Below the pieces are notes generated by a model. It was not told where the DNA came from and searched no databases. It was given only the letters and a program-made list of their open reading frames with translations. A stretch of DNA of 52,256 nt from Verrucomicrobiales bacterium (GTDB lineage Bacteria > Verrucomicrobiota > Verrucomicrobiia > Limisphaerales > F1-80-MAGS106). The stretch spans positions 1-52,256 of the forward strand of contig SYMW01000008.1 of the NCBI GenBank assembly GCA_005805305.1, written 5' to 3'. A program made the position numbers and the translations under genes. Shown here piece by piece: positions 51,451 through 52,256 of this stretch. How positions within the stretch are numbered: the stretch's first letter is position 1; every line of letters begins with the position of its first letter.

Positions 51451-51730
51451 CATGCGCGGGGTTCCGCTCGTGAAAGCACCGGCGAACCATCCCCGAAGGC
51501 TCAAGGCTGGCTCTTTGGGAAACAACCGCCTGGTGTTGCGTATCGCGGAGAATCCGGGGAAGTTTATACAGAAATCTGCGGAGATTGAGTATGGGTCGAA
51601 GGGAGTGGCGTTGGATTTTTCGCGCTGAACAGCTCCGTCAGAAGCGTTGGCCGCGCGACAGTGGGGCCGCCCCAATTTCTTTGCTGCTAAGGAGGGCTCA
51701 AAGTTCTCCGACCGCCCGTTCAACCTTGGA

Positions 51731-51892
51731 CCTTAAAACGGCAGCTGAACCCATTGAAGATGCGCAACAGCCTGGATGACAAAGGCTTGAGGAAGAGGGA
51801 GGCATATCCCTTGTGGATCTGGCGAGTGATTCGGAAAGATTTTATCGCCAGGATCTTGCGAAGATTCACCATGGGCAACTGCCGTTTTATGG
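51731..51892 (+). mobile_element. 162-bp MITE-like palindromic repeat, copy 4
   Basis: ccttaaaacggcagctg ... caactgccgttttatgg. Ungapped alignment to copy 3, about 86% identical by hand count. Confidence 0.85.
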
Positions 51893-52116
51893 TTGGAGGC
51901 TCTGCCTCCTTGTGCTGCCGGTTGGGATGTTGCCAGCCCCAACCAGAGTTCTCCCAGCTTACCTTCGTTTCCCGTCCCGTCGTGTCACCCTCGCTAACCC
52001 CGCCGGAATCAACAGCGCCAAGGCGACGATTTGATGACGATGCGTGGCTGCCTTCGCCGTCTAGGTGGCGGCTTGGCTTACCGGATCTAGCCATTTCGAG
52101 TTTGAAATGGTGATGT

Positions 52117-52137
52117 TGCATCCGCGAGTTGTCGGTG
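52117..52137 (-). repeat. Third copy of the 21-bp repeat arm, forming the 3' exon of the intron
   Basis: tgcatccgcgagttgtcggtg is the exact reverse complement of 51429-51449. Confidence 0.9.
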
Positions 52138-52256
52138 ATCGGGTCGGGTGCCGGGGATTGCGCCCCGGCACCCTCCCACACCACCGTACGTGCGGTTTTC
52201 CGCATACGGCGGTTGAACGATGCAGCCCTGTTTACATGGTGGCTGCTAGGTCTGAC
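52138..52256 (-). mobile_element. 3' end (domains V and VI) of a group II intron, class C-like; continues beyond the window
   Basis: Minus strand reads aaccgccgtatgcggaaaaccgcacgtacggtggtgtgggagg (DV, CGC triad), then gtgccgggg-cgcaat-ccccggcac-ccgacccgAT (DVI and 3' AY end). A possible ORF end ...SDLAATM* lies just upstream. Confidence 0.88.

Noticed and set aside
939-51473. Many long antisense or alternative-frame ORFs (e.g. 5317-6579, 14109-15347, 22059-23387, 33588-34784, 45534-46784, 50523-51473)
   Set aside because: They shadow well-supported genes, carry no motifs, and are expected from GC-rich codon bias.
7893-51892. Repeats as a CRISPR array or attC cassette array
   Set aside because: Copies are dispersed, not regularly spaced. 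There are no cas or integron integrase genes and no GTTRRRY core sites framing cassettes.
7727-52113. Short ORFs sharing the peptide DEKGL.K.EAY..W (7727-8029, 30845-31054, 51754-52113)
   Set aside because: These are translations of the 162-bp repeat. Starts and stops differ between copies, one copy has an internal stop and another a frameshift, so they are not a protein family.
51720-52205. 161-aa minus-strand ORF starting MRKTARTVVWEG
   Set aside because: It is a read-through of intron domains V/VI and repeats, not a gene.
1-52256. tRNA, rRNA, prophage, transposase or anti-phage defence genes
   Set aside because: None recognised by eye. A tRNAscan/Rfam/HMM run would be needed to exclude them formally.

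Overview
GC-rich, gene-dense bacterial DNA. The gene families (DUF1501 with DUF1549/DUF1553, H-X9-DG prepilin-like proteins, DUF1080, PQQ-like propellers, many Tat substrates) point to the PVC superphylum, probably Verrucomicrobiota (inference). It holds about 40 CDS: a Rieske oxygenase/FAD oxidoreductase pair, secreted glycan-related proteins, a 10-kb minus-strand cluster bracketed by two prepilin-like genes, SDR-GH88, a TolC/adaptor/MacB-like exporter lacking its ATPase, panD-lpxD, two Gfo/Idh/MocA genes, a peroxiredoxin, glcDEF divergent from an alanine-glyoxylate aminotransferase, an HDAC-family gene, a Tat TIM-barrel and a NupG-like MFS. The most unusual content is non-coding. (1) A ~162-bp fold-back MITE-like family occurs as four full copies plus two remnants. 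(2) A nested palindromic element lies at 51294-51450. (3) The 3' end of a group IIC intron sits at the right edge, and its 3' flank is a perfect 21-nt copy of one arm of that palindromic element, suggesting an intron that targets a repeat. All calls come from reading motifs by eye. No searches were run, and several start codons were re-chosen by hand.
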